A stretch of DNA of 64,000 nt from a virus (Duplodnaviria > Caudoviricetes). The translations under genes were made by a program, and so were the position numbers. This document shows positions 1-9,285 of this stretch, piece by piece. Numbering within the stretch: the stretch's first letter is position 1; every line of letters begins with the position of its first letter. The notes beneath the pieces were generated by a model. That model did no database searches, was not told the DNA's origin, and was given only the letters and a program-made list of their open reading frames with translations. The stretch is from positions 16,108-80,107 of the IMG/VR virus record IMGVR_UViG_3300001687_001195, one strand, 5' to 3'.

Positions 1-2328
1 GCCTTTGCCGTCTACTCTCATTCTGCGCAACTGTACGATCCTACCTATTGGGAATCAGAGCGCCAGCACGGTTCAGTTTACAAAGACTCTATTTGGGCTT
101 TTGTAACGATCCGAGCTATCGCTACCGTGGGCGCTACTGTTCGATGGGCCTTGATGCGAAAGACTCCAGGCACAGGGCCAGATGAAGAAGTTGCCGAGCA
201 TCCTTTACTTGATCTCATCGAACGACCTAACCCACATACCAGCAGATTCGATTTGTTGGAAGAGATTTTTTGGCAGTACTTGCTGGAAGGAACCAGTTAT
301 GTAGAGATGGTAGCGCATGATCCTGTGTTACCTGACATCAATCGGAAGTACCTGCCCATCGGTCTTTATGCTCTGAAATCAGCATTTGTCGATCCTCTTC
401 CAGATCCTAAAACGCGTGTCAAGGGATACGTGTATTCTCCGAACGGCGAAAACATTGTTTACAAGCCGTGGGAGATCATACAGATTCGAGCGTACAATCC
501 GGAAAACGATCTGGAAGGGTACACGGCATACGATACCGCTCAATCTGCAATTGAAGTTGATCGAGATACTCAACTTTATTCGCGCAATTTTTTCAAGCGA
601 GGGGCTTTCCCAAGCGCTGCCTTGGAAACTGACCGCATTCTTCCGAAGTCTATACAAACGCGCGTTAAGTCTGAGTGGAAGAATCAATTTGGTCTACGCA
701 GAAATGCTCATGAAGTCGCGCTCTTGATGGCAGGGCTGAAATACAAGCCCATCGCTTTCACGTTCCGCGATATGGATTTCGAGCGTTTGCGTAAACTTGC
801 ACGAGAAGAAATTCTATCTGCCGGAGATGTCCCGCCAATTGTCGTTGGCCTAACAGAAGGATCTTCTTGGGCTAACGCACATCAACAGATGTCGGACTTT
901 GTTACACATACGATTGGTCCGATTCTGATTAAGATCATCGATCGTTTCAATCTCGATCTTGTGGCTCGCTTTGACGATAGCCTTTACTTCAAACCTGATT
1001 ACGTTTCCTACTTAAAGTCTCCTGAGCAGGATGAAGCCAATGAGCGCCGTGCCCGTGCATTGTGGAAGGACGGACTCGTAACTAGGAATGAAGCTCGTGG
1101 AATGGCAGGGTTTGGACCTGCGAATGAAGACGGTGATGTATTCATCGATGCTCTGCGAGATCTACGTAACACTGGAAGTACTATAAGGCCAACTTCAAGC
1201 GGATCCCAAGATCGGGATGGGGAGGAAAGAGATCCTGGCACTCTTCCGGATTCTCCGGATCGTGCGCGTGAGATAGAAGTACGGCCTCGTAATCGCCTGG
1301 ATCGTGTAGTCACTGAAGAATTGCGCGAGAATCAAATGATTTTACGCAATTCTGTAAGGAAACTGCGTGAGCGGTATCGCATTGATCTTCTGACATGCAT
1401 AACGGATATGTTTGCTGCTCAGAGTCGTCACTGTATGGCGAAATTGGCAAGCGAAAGCAATGGTTTCTGTACAATTGAAAAGACGGCTCCTGCTGAACTG
1501 ACAGGCTTTCTTACGAATGTATCGATGGAGTTTACCAACAGTTTTGTTGGCCTTTTGATGCCTCTCGCTAAGGAAGCTTCTGAGTTAGTCATTTCTACAC
1601 TTCTTGGGTACGAGACTGTCCCAGACAGTGATTTATATGATGCTGTAGCCAATGCTGTAACTTTGATGTTCTCTCAAGTGAATGAGACGACGGGTTTACG
1701 TTTGGCTAAGGAACTAGAGGGGCATTCAGAACGGCTCACAAAGGGCGAAGCAGAGCGCATCATCATCAGTGTGTTTGAAGACAGTATTGTAGACAAGCAC
1801 AGAGCGAACACAACTGTAGAAACAGAAATGACACGAGCCATTAGTTTCGGCATGCAAAAAGCGCTCGATATGAATGGATGGATGGCGAAAACTTGGTTGT
1901 GTGAATCAGGCAATAGTCGAGATGGGCATGCTCATGCGGATGGTCAGACGGTACCGACACAGGAGCCTTTTTTGGTTGGTGGAGAAGCGCTGATGTACCC
2001 TGGAGATCCAGAAGGATCTCCCAATAATGTTTGCGGTTGCCAATGCATGATAGTTCCGGGGGCGCCAAGTGCTTTGCATGCATCTGTTGGCAAGGATGCG
2101 AAGACGCCGATTCAGAAACCATATTCCGGAGCAGGAGATTCATCGCTTCCTTCAGATATTAAAAGCTTGCCCAAGAAAAGACGCGAGATCTTTGTTTCTG
2201 TATTCAATCGTGTTCTCAGAGAAACCGGAGATGAAGGGAAAGCGTTTGCGCAAGCACGGGCTGCGGCTAAACGTGGATTGAAAAAAGAATCAGTAGTTGA
2301 TCCTAATGGGCAAGATCTGGAGGAATGA
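1..2328 (+). CDS. Portal protein (HK97 family) fused to MuF-like head morphogenesis domain and C-terminal ChaB-like domain; 5'-truncated
   Basis: Frame +1 is open from base 1 (VYKDSIWAFVTIRAIA resembles the portal N-terminal motif). Portal motifs LIERPNPH, YLLEGTSY, AGDVPPIVVG, LVTRNEAR. MuF motif KTWLC..RDGHAHADGQ..F.VGGEALMYPGDP..CGCQC. ChaB-like KPYS..LPSDIKSLPKKRREIFVSVFN..DEGKAFAQARAAAK at 2116-2283. Confidence 0.9.
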   Translation, partial: AFAVYSHSAQLYDPTYWESERQHGSVYKDSIWAFVTIRAIATVGATVRWALMRKTPGTGPDEEVAEHPLLDLIERPNPHTSRFDLLEEIFWQYLLEGTSYVEMVAHDPVLPDINRKYLPIGLYALKSAFVDPLPDPKTRVKGYVYSPNGENIVYKPWEIIQIRAYNPENDLEGYTAYDTAQSAIEVDRDTQLYSRNFFKRGAFPSAALETDRILPKSIQTRVKSEWKNQFGLRRNAHEVALLMAGLKYKPIAFTFRDMDFERLRKLAREEILSAGDVPPIVVGLTEGSSWANAHQQMSDFVTHTIGPILIKIIDRFNLDLVARFDDSLYFKPDYVSYLKSPEQDEANERRARALWKDGLVTRNEARGMAGFGPANEDGDVFIDALRDLRNTGSTIRPTSSGSQDRDGEERDPGTLPDSPDRAREIEVRPRNRLDRVVTEELRENQMILRNSVRKLRERYRIDLLTCITDMFAAQSRHCMAKLASESNGFCTIEKTAPAELTGFLTNVSMEFTNSFVGLLMPLAKEASELVISTLLGYETVPDSDLYDAVANAVTLMFSQVNETTGLRLAKELEGHSERLTKGEAERIIISVFEDSIVDKHRANTTVETEMTRAISFGMQKALDMNGWMAKTWLCESGNSRDGHAHADGQTVPTQEPFLVGGEALMYPGDPEGSPNNVCGCQCMIVPGAPSALHASVGKDAKTPIQKPYSGAGDSSLPSDIKSLPKKRREIFVSVFNRVLRETGDEGKAFAQARAAAKRGLKKESVVDPNGQDLEE

Positions 2329-2331
2329 TTG

Positions 2332-2886
2332 ATGGCCATGAGTCGTGCCAGCGATGGCAAGAACTTAGCTCCAGAAAAGCTCGGTAAACCGCCGAAGAAA
2401 AGGAACAGTCCAAAGGTTCGTAAGAACCGTGGGGTTATCAAAAAGGATCTTGTGAAACAATCAGCTACAGTAGGTATACCGCAGGAACGAATTGAACATA
2501 TCTGTCGCTTTGTAAAGCAGGATGAGGAACAACGGCTCGTTTATGGCATTGTCTATGAGCCAGATGTTCGAGACGCAGATGATGACTTTTCGGATAAAGG
2601 CGAAATCCTGAAAGCGGCACATTTGTTCTTGGCTGAATTTCGGACAATGAAAATTCAGCATTTGGTTCCTAATAGTGGAGTAGTAATTGTTGAAAGCTAC
2701 ATTGCTCCAGTTGAATTTGAGATGAATGGAGAGATGGTTAAGCTGGGTACTTGGGTTTTGGTGACAAAGATCTTTGATGAAGAAATTTGGAAATTGGTGC
2801 AGAGTGGTGAATTGACTGGATACAGCATGGGCGGATTCGCCACCCGTGAATTTGAAGAAGATTCGGATTCTCGGGGAGGGAGTTAA
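2332..2886 (+). CDS. XkdF-like putative prohead serine protease
   Basis: EEQRLVYGIVYEPD..DADDD, VESYIAP, GTWVL, IW..V.SGELTGYSMGG. GGAGGA upstream of ATG 2332. Lies between portal and capsid genes. Confidence 0.85.
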   Translation: MAMSRASDGKNLAPEKLGKPPKKRNSPKVRKNRGVIKKDLVKQSATVGIPQERIEHICRFVKQDEEQRLVYGIVYEPDVRDADDDFSDKGEILKAAHLFLAEFRTMKIQHLVPNSGVVIVESYIAPVEFEMNGEMVKLGTWVLVTKIFDEEIWKLVQSGELTGYSMGGFATREFEEDSDSRGGS

Positions 2887-2888
2887 CA

Positions 2889-3407
2889 ATGCCCAGGTTG
2901 ACGGACATCGTTGTGACTGAAGTTTCTTTGGTCACACGGGCCGCGAACAAGCGGAAGTTCCTTTTGTTCAAAAGTGACCCGGAGGAAAACCATATGGATT
3001 CCGCGAAGCTGGAAGCAATCCATACGGCAGTCAAAGATCTGGGTACCAGCGTGAATGCCTTCCTTGAGAAGACTGGTGCCAAGGTTGATGTGCCGAAGAG
3101 TGCCGAAGTTTCTGAATTGGTGAAATCAGTTGGGGGACTTACGGCAGCGATCGAGACCGCGTTCAAGAAGCATAGCGAAGATCAACAGAATGCAGAGAAG
3201 AAGATCGGGGAGCAAGCGGAGGAACTTCGCAAGCTCACTGAGGAGTGTGATGACCTGAAGAAGAAGCTGGAAGTGGCGCAAAATGAGATCCCTGATGAGG
3301 TTTTCGATCTGTTGGAAGAAGTTAAGAATGGACTTCCTACAGACGAAACTCTCAAAGATCTTCTCGAAAAAGTGTTGAACGAGAAGTTGGGCCTGAAGCC
3401 CGTGTAA
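2889..3407 (+). CDS. Putative capsid scaffolding protein
   Basis: N-terminal MPRLTDIVVTEVSLVTRAANKRKF motif, then a charged coiled coil. Immediately precedes the major capsid gene. Confidence 0.6.
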   Translation: MPRLTDIVVTEVSLVTRAANKRKFLLFKSDPEENHMDSAKLEAIHTAVKDLGTSVNAFLEKTGAKVDVPKSAEVSELVKSVGGLTAAIETAFKKHSEDQQNAEKKIGEQAEELRKLTEECDDLKKKLEVAQNEIPDEVFDLLEEVKNGLPTDETLKDLLEKVLNEKLGLKPV

Positions 3408-3471
3408 CGGGCGCCATCGCCAGTCAATTATTTGCTGGTAGGTACGTTCAAACGACTTTGGAGATTTCAAT

Positions 3472-4836
3472 ATGAGAACGGTTGAAGACCTGAAGAAAAC
3501 GGTAGCGGGCATCAGAGACGCTGCCGGAAGGGTTTCAAGCCGTGAGAACGTGGAGAAGATGGCGCACGACCTTCTCGCGGCTTCAAGAACCCATGCTGAT
3601 GAACTTCGTAAAGGCCAGTACGCGGCCATGGATAGTCATGAGGAAATCTTCAAGAGCGCCAACGATCCTGAAGAATTTCTGACGACTGTTCCGATGGAGC
3701 AGGAGGCGAAAGAGTTCCACAAGTGGCAGGATGACGTGCTCATCATGACCGCTCTTCTCACGAAGACGCACCCCATTGTGGAACGTCCAGATCCAAGATC
3801 ATTGAAGACGTGGCGACGTGGTGAGAGACGATTCGCAAAGTTCATTAAGGCGATGAGCGATACAGCCGGATCCGGGCAAGATTGGATTCCGACTCTGTTC
3901 TCTTCGCAGTTGATCGACACCTTCCATCTTGCGCAGCGAGTTGAAGGCTTGTTCGATGCGATTGACCCGATGCCGAGTGATCCTTTCAAGATTCCGATCG
4001 TTTCTGCGGACGGGTCGATCAAGATCATCCCGGAATCTACCATTGACAATGCGACCAAGATTTCGGCTGCTACGCCGGGTACCAGCAACATTACGCTGGA
4101 AACGACCAAGCTCGGTATTCGGATGGTGTTCTCGGAGGAATTGAACGAGGATTCCATCATTCCGATCATGCCATTCTTGCGTAGGAAGCTTGCGCAGAAC
4201 ATGGCGATCGGCGTGGAAGATGCATTGCTCAATGGCGATCTTTCGACAACGCACATGGATACGGACGTGACCGACAGTGTTGACCCACGGAAATCGTGGA
4301 ATGGGCTTCGTGCTTTGTCGTGGGATGTCAACGCGGCCGGTACTACTACGTGTCTGGACATAGGTGGCGCACAGCTTCAACTTGTGCATGTGCGTACGGT
4401 TCGCGGATACCTCGGCAAGTACGGTGCCGATCCGATGAATCTTGTCTATATCACGTCTCCTACAGGCGCTCTTCAGTTCATGACGCTGGACGAAGTGCGT
4501 ACGGTTGACAAGTATGGCCCGAATGCCACCATCCTGACTGGCGAGATCGGGAAGGTGGATAACATTCCGGTGCTCCTCTCCGAAAAGATTCGTGAAGATC
4601 TGAATGGCAGCGGTTTCTATGACAGCACCGCCACGGATAAGACGATGTTCCTTTGTCTTCTTCGTACGGCGTTTGCTGTCGGAACCCGCCGTCGCATGAC
4701 TCTCAAGACTTTCACGGATATTCAGACGGATCAGCAAATCTTGGTGGGGCTTACCCGGAAAGATTTCAAAACCTACTATCCGGGTGAACCTGTCGTGGCC
4801 CAGGGATATGACGTGCCGAACGCTCTCACGTCGTAG
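3472..4836 (+). CDS. Major capsid protein, HK97 fold
   Basis: 454 aa. GQDWIPTLFSSQLID, FSEELNEDSII, LAQNMAIGVEDALLNGD, GEIGKVDNIPV, DQQILV..RKDF. Strongly biased codons. Confidence 0.92.
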   Translation: MRTVEDLKKTVAGIRDAAGRVSSRENVEKMAHDLLAASRTHADELRKGQYAAMDSHEEIFKSANDPEEFLTTVPMEQEAKEFHKWQDDVLIMTALLTKTHPIVERPDPRSLKTWRRGERRFAKFIKAMSDTAGSGQDWIPTLFSSQLIDTFHLAQRVEGLFDAIDPMPSDPFKIPIVSADGSIKIIPESTIDNATKISAATPGTSNITLETTKLGIRMVFSEELNEDSIIPIMPFLRRKLAQNMAIGVEDALLNGDLSTTHMDTDVTDSVDPRKSWNGLRALSWDVNAAGTTTCLDIGGAQLQLVHVRTVRGYLGKYGADPMNLVYITSPTGALQFMTLDEVRTVDKYGPNATILTGEIGKVDNIPVLLSEKIREDLNGSGFYDSTATDKTMFLCLLRTAFAVGTRRRMTLKTFTDIQTDQQILVGLTRKDFKTYYPGEPVVAQGYDVPNALTS

Positions 4837-4848
4837 GTGAACTGAATG

Positions 4849-4884
4849 GGAGAGGGCGAAGCGGCAGTCGCCCTCTCCTCTTTG
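4849..4884 (+). terminator. Intrinsic terminator or attenuator after the capsid gene
   Basis: Perfect 11-bp stem GGAGAGGGCGA/TCGCCCTCTCC, 8-nt loop, followed by TCTTTG. Confidence 0.7.
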
Positions 4885-4905
4885 ACATAATGTTGCGACG
4901 AAGAG

Positions 4906-5535
4906 ATGACACTGTGGTTATGTTTTTCTATCTACAACGAAGCTCCACATATACGCGATTATTTACTACGGTGTAAATGTGCAGCACCACATGCAAAAGT
5001 CATTGTTGTAGACGGACGATATGATCCTTTTCCTGGAGAAAGCTTTCATTCTGATGATGGTACTTTAGAGATCGCACGCGAGTTGGCTGATGTGGTGATC
5101 GAATGCCCGAATGGACGACCATGGCCGAATGAAGAAGTAAAACGAACTGCTTACTTCAAGGTTGGGGAGAATGGCGATGAGTATCTGGTCGTTGATGGGG
5201 ATGAGGAAATCATAGGTTCCGTATCACCGCAATTGCCATCGGCATTGGATGCAAATGTCCAATTGCACCGGGATACGGGACAAAAGCCGTACCCGGTGTT
5301 TCGCTATCATAAGCATGATGATGATCTGAAAGTTCATGGGCATCACAATGCGATTTGGAGACGCGGAATACACATTCCACGTAAGAAAAGCCCGGTATTT
5401 TTACAGCGTGATGTAGGATTTGCTCTTCTTCATCATACGCGTATTCGAGAACCTGAAAGACAGCAGAGGAAGAGTCATTACTATCGGTGGCTATCGGACA
5501 GGGAACGCAGTTTTAGAGCTATTGTTGGAGAATGA
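4906..5535 (+). CDS. GT-A fold (GT2-like) glycosyltransferase
   Basis: IYNEAPHI..VIVVDG..SDDGTLEIARELADVV..YLVVDGDEEI (DxD motif). Confidence 0.75.
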   Translation: MTLWLCFSIYNEAPHIRDYLLRCKCAAPHAKVIVVDGRYDPFPGESFHSDDGTLEIARELADVVIECPNGRPWPNEEVKRTAYFKVGENGDEYLVVDGDEEIIGSVSPQLPSALDANVQLHRDTGQKPYPVFRYHKHDDDLKVHGHHNAIWRRGIHIPRKKSPVFLQRDVGFALLHHTRIREPERQQRKSHYYRWLSDRERSFRAIVGE

Positions 5536-5536
5536 A

Positions 5537-5944
5537 ATGTCTTGTGTAATCGAAATCAAAGCATTGATGAATTATGTGGGTCCGCTCGGTCAGTATACGC
5601 GCGGTCAAACGTTTGAACGTCCAGAGGGAATGCGAGGTTCGTTTGAGGCAAAGCCGCAGCATTTCAAGATCTTGCGTACAATCGATCTGGAACGCGTTGC
5701 GTTAACACCGCCGCCGGAGGGTGTTCGACGTATCGATCTGACAGCGAAACCAGGATTTCAGTGCCCCGCGGAAGAAAAGCGTCTTGTGAAGTGGTCTGGG
5801 AATCATGTAGTTACGTACGCTGGAGAAAGGGTGGTTCCTGGTACAGAATTGATTATTCCGAAATCTTGGTTAGGTGCGCTGCTAGAGACTGACGGCTTCA
5901 TTCAACTCAGAGGAAAGATTGCTCCGGCTACCGAAGTTGCGTAG
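5537..5944 (+). CDS. Hypothetical head-associated protein
   Basis: GGAG upstream of ATG 5537. Fills the gap between the glycosyltransferase and the adaptor gene. Confidence 0.55.
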   Translation: MSCVIEIKALMNYVGPLGQYTRGQTFERPEGMRGSFEAKPQHFKILRTIDLERVALTPPPEGVRRIDLTAKPGFQCPAEEKRLVKWSGNHVVTYAGERVVPGTELIIPKSWLGALLETDGFIQLRGKIAPATEVA

Positions 5945-5946
5945 CC

Positions 5947-6576
5947 ATGGCTTCAATTTCTCAATATGCCTTAGTCACGTACGAAGAAGCAATTGATTGG
6001 TTGGGCGATACTACGATTTTAACAAAGACGATAACGCCGATCATCAATCGTGCTTCCGAAATCGTTGAACGAATCACAAGTAGACATTTCGTACAGCGTG
6101 CGAAAACCGTGTACTATGATGGTAATGGCGAGCGGGATCTGAATTTATTTCATTATCCGATTGTTGTCGTGTACACGGTTCACGTCGATAACGATCGTGA
6201 ATTTGGGGATGACGAGCAATGGGCAGAGGGCCGAGATTTCATTGTCTATAAACAGGACGGAATCTTAGCTGCTGTAGCATTGAATGATCCTACGCATGGA
6301 CTTGGGTATTGGCCTATCGGAGTACAAAACGTCAAGATTTCACTGACGTATGGGTATAGCGCGGTTCCTGAAGACATTAAGCAAGCTGTTTTGGAGATCA
6401 TTCAAGATTTGTACAGTCGTATTGGGGCGAATCGTGCAATCACGGAAGAGCAAGTTTTGAATTACCGTGTGAAGTATGCGGAGACGGCGTATGGACCAAT
6501 ACCGAGATCTGCTTATGACGTATTGATGTCTTATGCAGATCCACTTGGGTATATGCCGCGCTTTACGGAGGAGTAA
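5947..6576 (+). CDS. Head-tail adaptor (gp6/gp15-like)
   Basis: INRASEIVERIT.R.F, YYDGNG..L.L..YPI, NVKISLTYGYSAVPEDIKQAVL. Synteny fits. Confidence 0.85.
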   Translation: MASISQYALVTYEEAIDWLGDTTILTKTITPIINRASEIVERITSRHFVQRAKTVYYDGNGERDLNLFHYPIVVVYTVHVDNDREFGDDEQWAEGRDFIVYKQDGILAAVALNDPTHGLGYWPIGVQNVKISLTYGYSAVPEDIKQAVLEIIQDLYSRIGANRAITEEQVLNYRVKYAETAYGPIPRSAYDVLMSYADPLGYMPRFTEE

Positions 6577-6577
6577 A

Positions 6578-6919
6578 GTGTCTTTTCAAAGTCTCCTCAT
6601 CCATAGATGCACGATCACGAAGCCTGTCACATACACAGACCCGTACTACTATGTTGTTCAAGAAGAAGTTGGAGAAGACATTTCTTGTCGCTTGGTAGCG
6701 ATTGACGCCACCTTGATCCGAACCGTATTGGGGAGAACGCCGCGGGGAACCCATATTCTGTATTTGCAGGGAAACCAGGAGATTGATCAGAATTACGTGG
6801 TGACTCTTGATCACATTACAGGACGCGAATTTCGAGTAGTGGAGGATCTGCCAGCGTACACGACAAGCAGCGTTCCGCATCATAAGGAATGCTTGGTCGA
6901 AGAAAAGACGCAGATGTAA
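6578..6919 (+). CDS. Head closure (stopper) protein
   Basis: GTG start, MSFQSLLIHRCTIT, ends HHKECLVEE. Position after the adaptor. Confidence 0.7.
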   Translation: MSFQSLLIHRCTITKPVTYTDPYYYVVQEEVGEDISCRLVAIDATLIRTVLGRTPRGTHILYLQGNQEIDQNYVVTLDHITGREFRVVEDLPAYTTSSVPHHKECLVEEKTQM

Positions 6920-7410
6920 TGGCTACTAGAGCGATTCGTGGTTCTTTCTTCTTTTGGACGCAAGTGAGGCGTCCTAAAAAGATGGAAGCAACCATCAGAA
7001 GTTTTCAGAAAGGGGGTGCTTTCTGGCATCGTGTTAAAGAGACGTACATCCAGATTGGAAAGTTCATGGTGCGTATGTCTCGTCAAAGAGCACCAGAGTT
7101 CACGGGTGCCTTAAAGGCGAGCTTGAATTACCGTGTTCGAGGTCCGTTGGAAGAGCCTGAGATGCGTTTTGCAGCGGACATTTTCTATGCTGCGCCAGTA
7201 GAGGAAGGAAGTCGAAAGCATGTTACGTTTTCGCCACGAGTACGCTTGTGGGCGGAAGCTAAAGGCTACAATCCATGGATCATCTATCGGATGATACGTC
7301 TTGAAGGAACTGCAGCACATCCGTTTTTTTGGCCCACTGTTGATGATGGAGAACGTGGTTTACGATTGCGGTTGTATAAACTATTGAATCGTGTTGTTAG
7401 AGGGCAATGA
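6919..7410 (+). CDS. HK97 gp10-like neck/tail completion protein
   Basis: RAPEFTGALKASL..YAAPVEEG and GTAAHPFFWP motifs. TAATG overlap with the previous stop. Confidence 0.8.
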   Translation: MATRAIRGSFFFWTQVRRPKKMEATIRSFQKGGAFWHRVKETYIQIGKFMVRMSRQRAPEFTGALKASLNYRVRGPLEEPEMRFAADIFYAAPVEEGSRKHVTFSPRVRLWAEAKGYNPWIIYRMIRLEGTAAHPFFWPTVDDGERGLRLRLYKLLNRVVRGQ

Positions 7411-7413
7411 CCC

Positions 7414-7923
7414 GTGGCTTACATTCATGCAAAAGTAATTTGTGAGCATCTTCGGGATGTGTCGTTAATTGGCATGAAATCAGCCGCCCCGACAGGCGTT
7501 GGCGCCAAGATCATTCAGCTTGGAGATCTAACATATTTTGCTGCGGGCATTAGCAACACGGTTATTCCCATCATTTTGATTAAGCCTATTCGGGCACCTT
7601 TTGATGAGAGCGAAGCCGGGTTGCTTAAAGCCGCGTACACATTATTAATTCGTATTGTGTACGTTCGATCGTACTCGGAAGCGTCGGGGGCTGTGTCATT
7701 AAAAATTCAAGATACAGAGAAGATCGTTGAAGCGCTTTGGAGTGATTGGTTGTTTGAAGGGATTACGCTTGATGCGGTAGGTAGTCAGATTTCATCTTCC
7801 ATGGTGACAGATGTTGATTTTGAACCGGAAGAAGATCTTTTTGCGTCAGCGTTGGATGAATCGTTGCAAGCCAGTGCGATAGAAGTTGAGACCATGGTGC
7901 ATGTGAATAGGAAACAATCATGA
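7414..7923 (+). CDS. Putative tail terminator protein
   Basis: Size and position between the gp10-like gene and the tail tube. Acidic beta-rich C-terminus. Confidence 0.55.
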   Translation: MAYIHAKVICEHLRDVSLIGMKSAAPTGVGAKIIQLGDLTYFAAGISNTVIPIILIKPIRAPFDESEAGLLKAAYTLLIRIVYVRSYSEASGAVSLKIQDTEKIVEALWSDWLFEGITLDAVGSQISSSMVTDVDFEPEEDLFASALDESLQASAIEVETMVHVNRKQS

Positions 7924-8171
7924 AAATCGTAATTGAAACTGACGGACTTTCTGACAATACGCATATCCAAATCAACGGTGACGATTACAAAGACATCATC
8001 TCATTTGGATTTTTTATCAAGGAACGTACTGATAAGTGTAAGTTGCAGATCAAACGTGCGGTGCCAGGAGCGCCGGATGCCTGGACGAACCTCTTTGGTC
8101 CAGAGATTTCCCGCTTCGATAATGATACAGCCAATAGAAGAGCCGCAGCGCCGCCTGCAACCGGAAAGTAA
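7920..8171 (+). CDS. Hypothetical protein
   Basis: ATGA overlap with the previous stop. 83 aa. Confidence 0.55.
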   Translation: MKIVIETDGLSDNTHIQINGDDYKDIISFGFFIKERTDKCKLQIKRAVPGAPDAWTNLFGPEISRFDNDTANRRAAAPPATGK

Positions 8172-8191
8172 AGGCGTGAGGAGTAATCGCC

Positions 8192-9259
8192 ATGCCGGAT
8201 GCCGGACTTGGAAACAAATCATACGCCGGTCTCAACTTTGAGACAGCTTGGGGAACGAAAAATACCGATCTTACGCAATTTGAAGGTGTGGCTACGGGGT
8301 TAAAACCCTGGATCGACATCAACAGTGAAACATTGACGGTGGAAGAACGTCCGCTGCGTAGTGCTTCGTTGACTGGTATTGGCCCGCTATACAACAAGAT
8401 CGCACCAGGACCGAGAGGGATTACTGGAGATATTGTTTGGACACCGAATTACGATTCGGAAACCATTCAACGTTTGTTCCGAGCAGCGATGGGGTTTTAT
8501 CTCAATGTAGGTAACAATGAGATTCAGTACCGTCCAGATGACAAACTTCCAGCGGTGACTGCAGAAGTCCATCTCGACAAAACGGCCGTGCGTTTCTATG
8601 GTGGTTCAGTTTCTCAGCTTCGCGGAACCGTATCTCCTGATAGTTTCTTCGATATTACGGCAAGTTTCATCTTCAAAGATTTTGATGAAATTGCCTATGT
8701 CGATTGGAAGACAGTCTCATTCGATGGCACAAACAGGGATACGTTGATTCGCTCTGATCATCTTTCGATTGCGCGATTCACACCCGAAGGTGGAAGCAAT
8801 ATCGACATTGCCAGTGTACGTGATTTCGAGTTCTTCTATGACAATCGATTGAACCCAGATCGTCGCGTTCTCGGGTCACGGTTGATCAAAGAACCTGACC
8901 GTACTGATCGATTGGCTACTGGTGGTCGCGCTGTACTTGAGTTTGACGATGCAACGCTGTTCTATCAATTCTATACACAGACTGTGGGACAAATGATTTT
9001 CAAGTTCGACTCTGGAGAAGGAACAGCTTCCAGCGGTACGAACTTCAGCATCATTTTCGATTGGCCGCGTGCGCGAATTGCCACGGGCACCCCCACGGTA
9101 AACGCTTTCGGTATCATCACTCTCGAAGTGGAATGGGAAGGATTGCAGGGAGTAGATGGTGATTTCGGGACAGATGCAGCGTTGATTGCTACGATCATTA
9201 ACAATTCTCAACTTGCTGCGAATGCACAGCCTGCTAACTATACGTCCTGGACTCCATAG
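8192..9259 (+). CDS. Tail tube protein, paralogue 1
   Basis: G..SYAGL.FETAWGT, GDIVWTP, DNRLNPDRRVLGSRLIKEP.R, GTPTVNAFGIITLEVEWEG. Confidence 0.8.
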   Translation: MPDAGLGNKSYAGLNFETAWGTKNTDLTQFEGVATGLKPWIDINSETLTVEERPLRSASLTGIGPLYNKIAPGPRGITGDIVWTPNYDSETIQRLFRAAMGFYLNVGNNEIQYRPDDKLPAVTAEVHLDKTAVRFYGGSVSQLRGTVSPDSFFDITASFIFKDFDEIAYVDWKTVSFDGTNRDTLIRSDHLSIARFTPEGGSNIDIASVRDFEFFYDNRLNPDRRVLGSRLIKEPDRTDRLATGGRAVLEFDDATLFYQFYTQTVGQMIFKFDSGEGTASSGTNFSIIFDWPRARIATGTPTVNAFGIITLEVEWEGLQGVDGDFGTDAALIATIINNSQLAANAQPANYTSWTP

Positions 9260-9285
9260 TGATCTTGGTTTGATGGAGATGGTCG

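Noticed and set aside
3636-4737. Long minus-strand ORFs (241 and 312 aa) opposite the capsid gene
   Set aside because: Antisense shadows of a strongly codon-biased gene, with no RBS or protein motifs.
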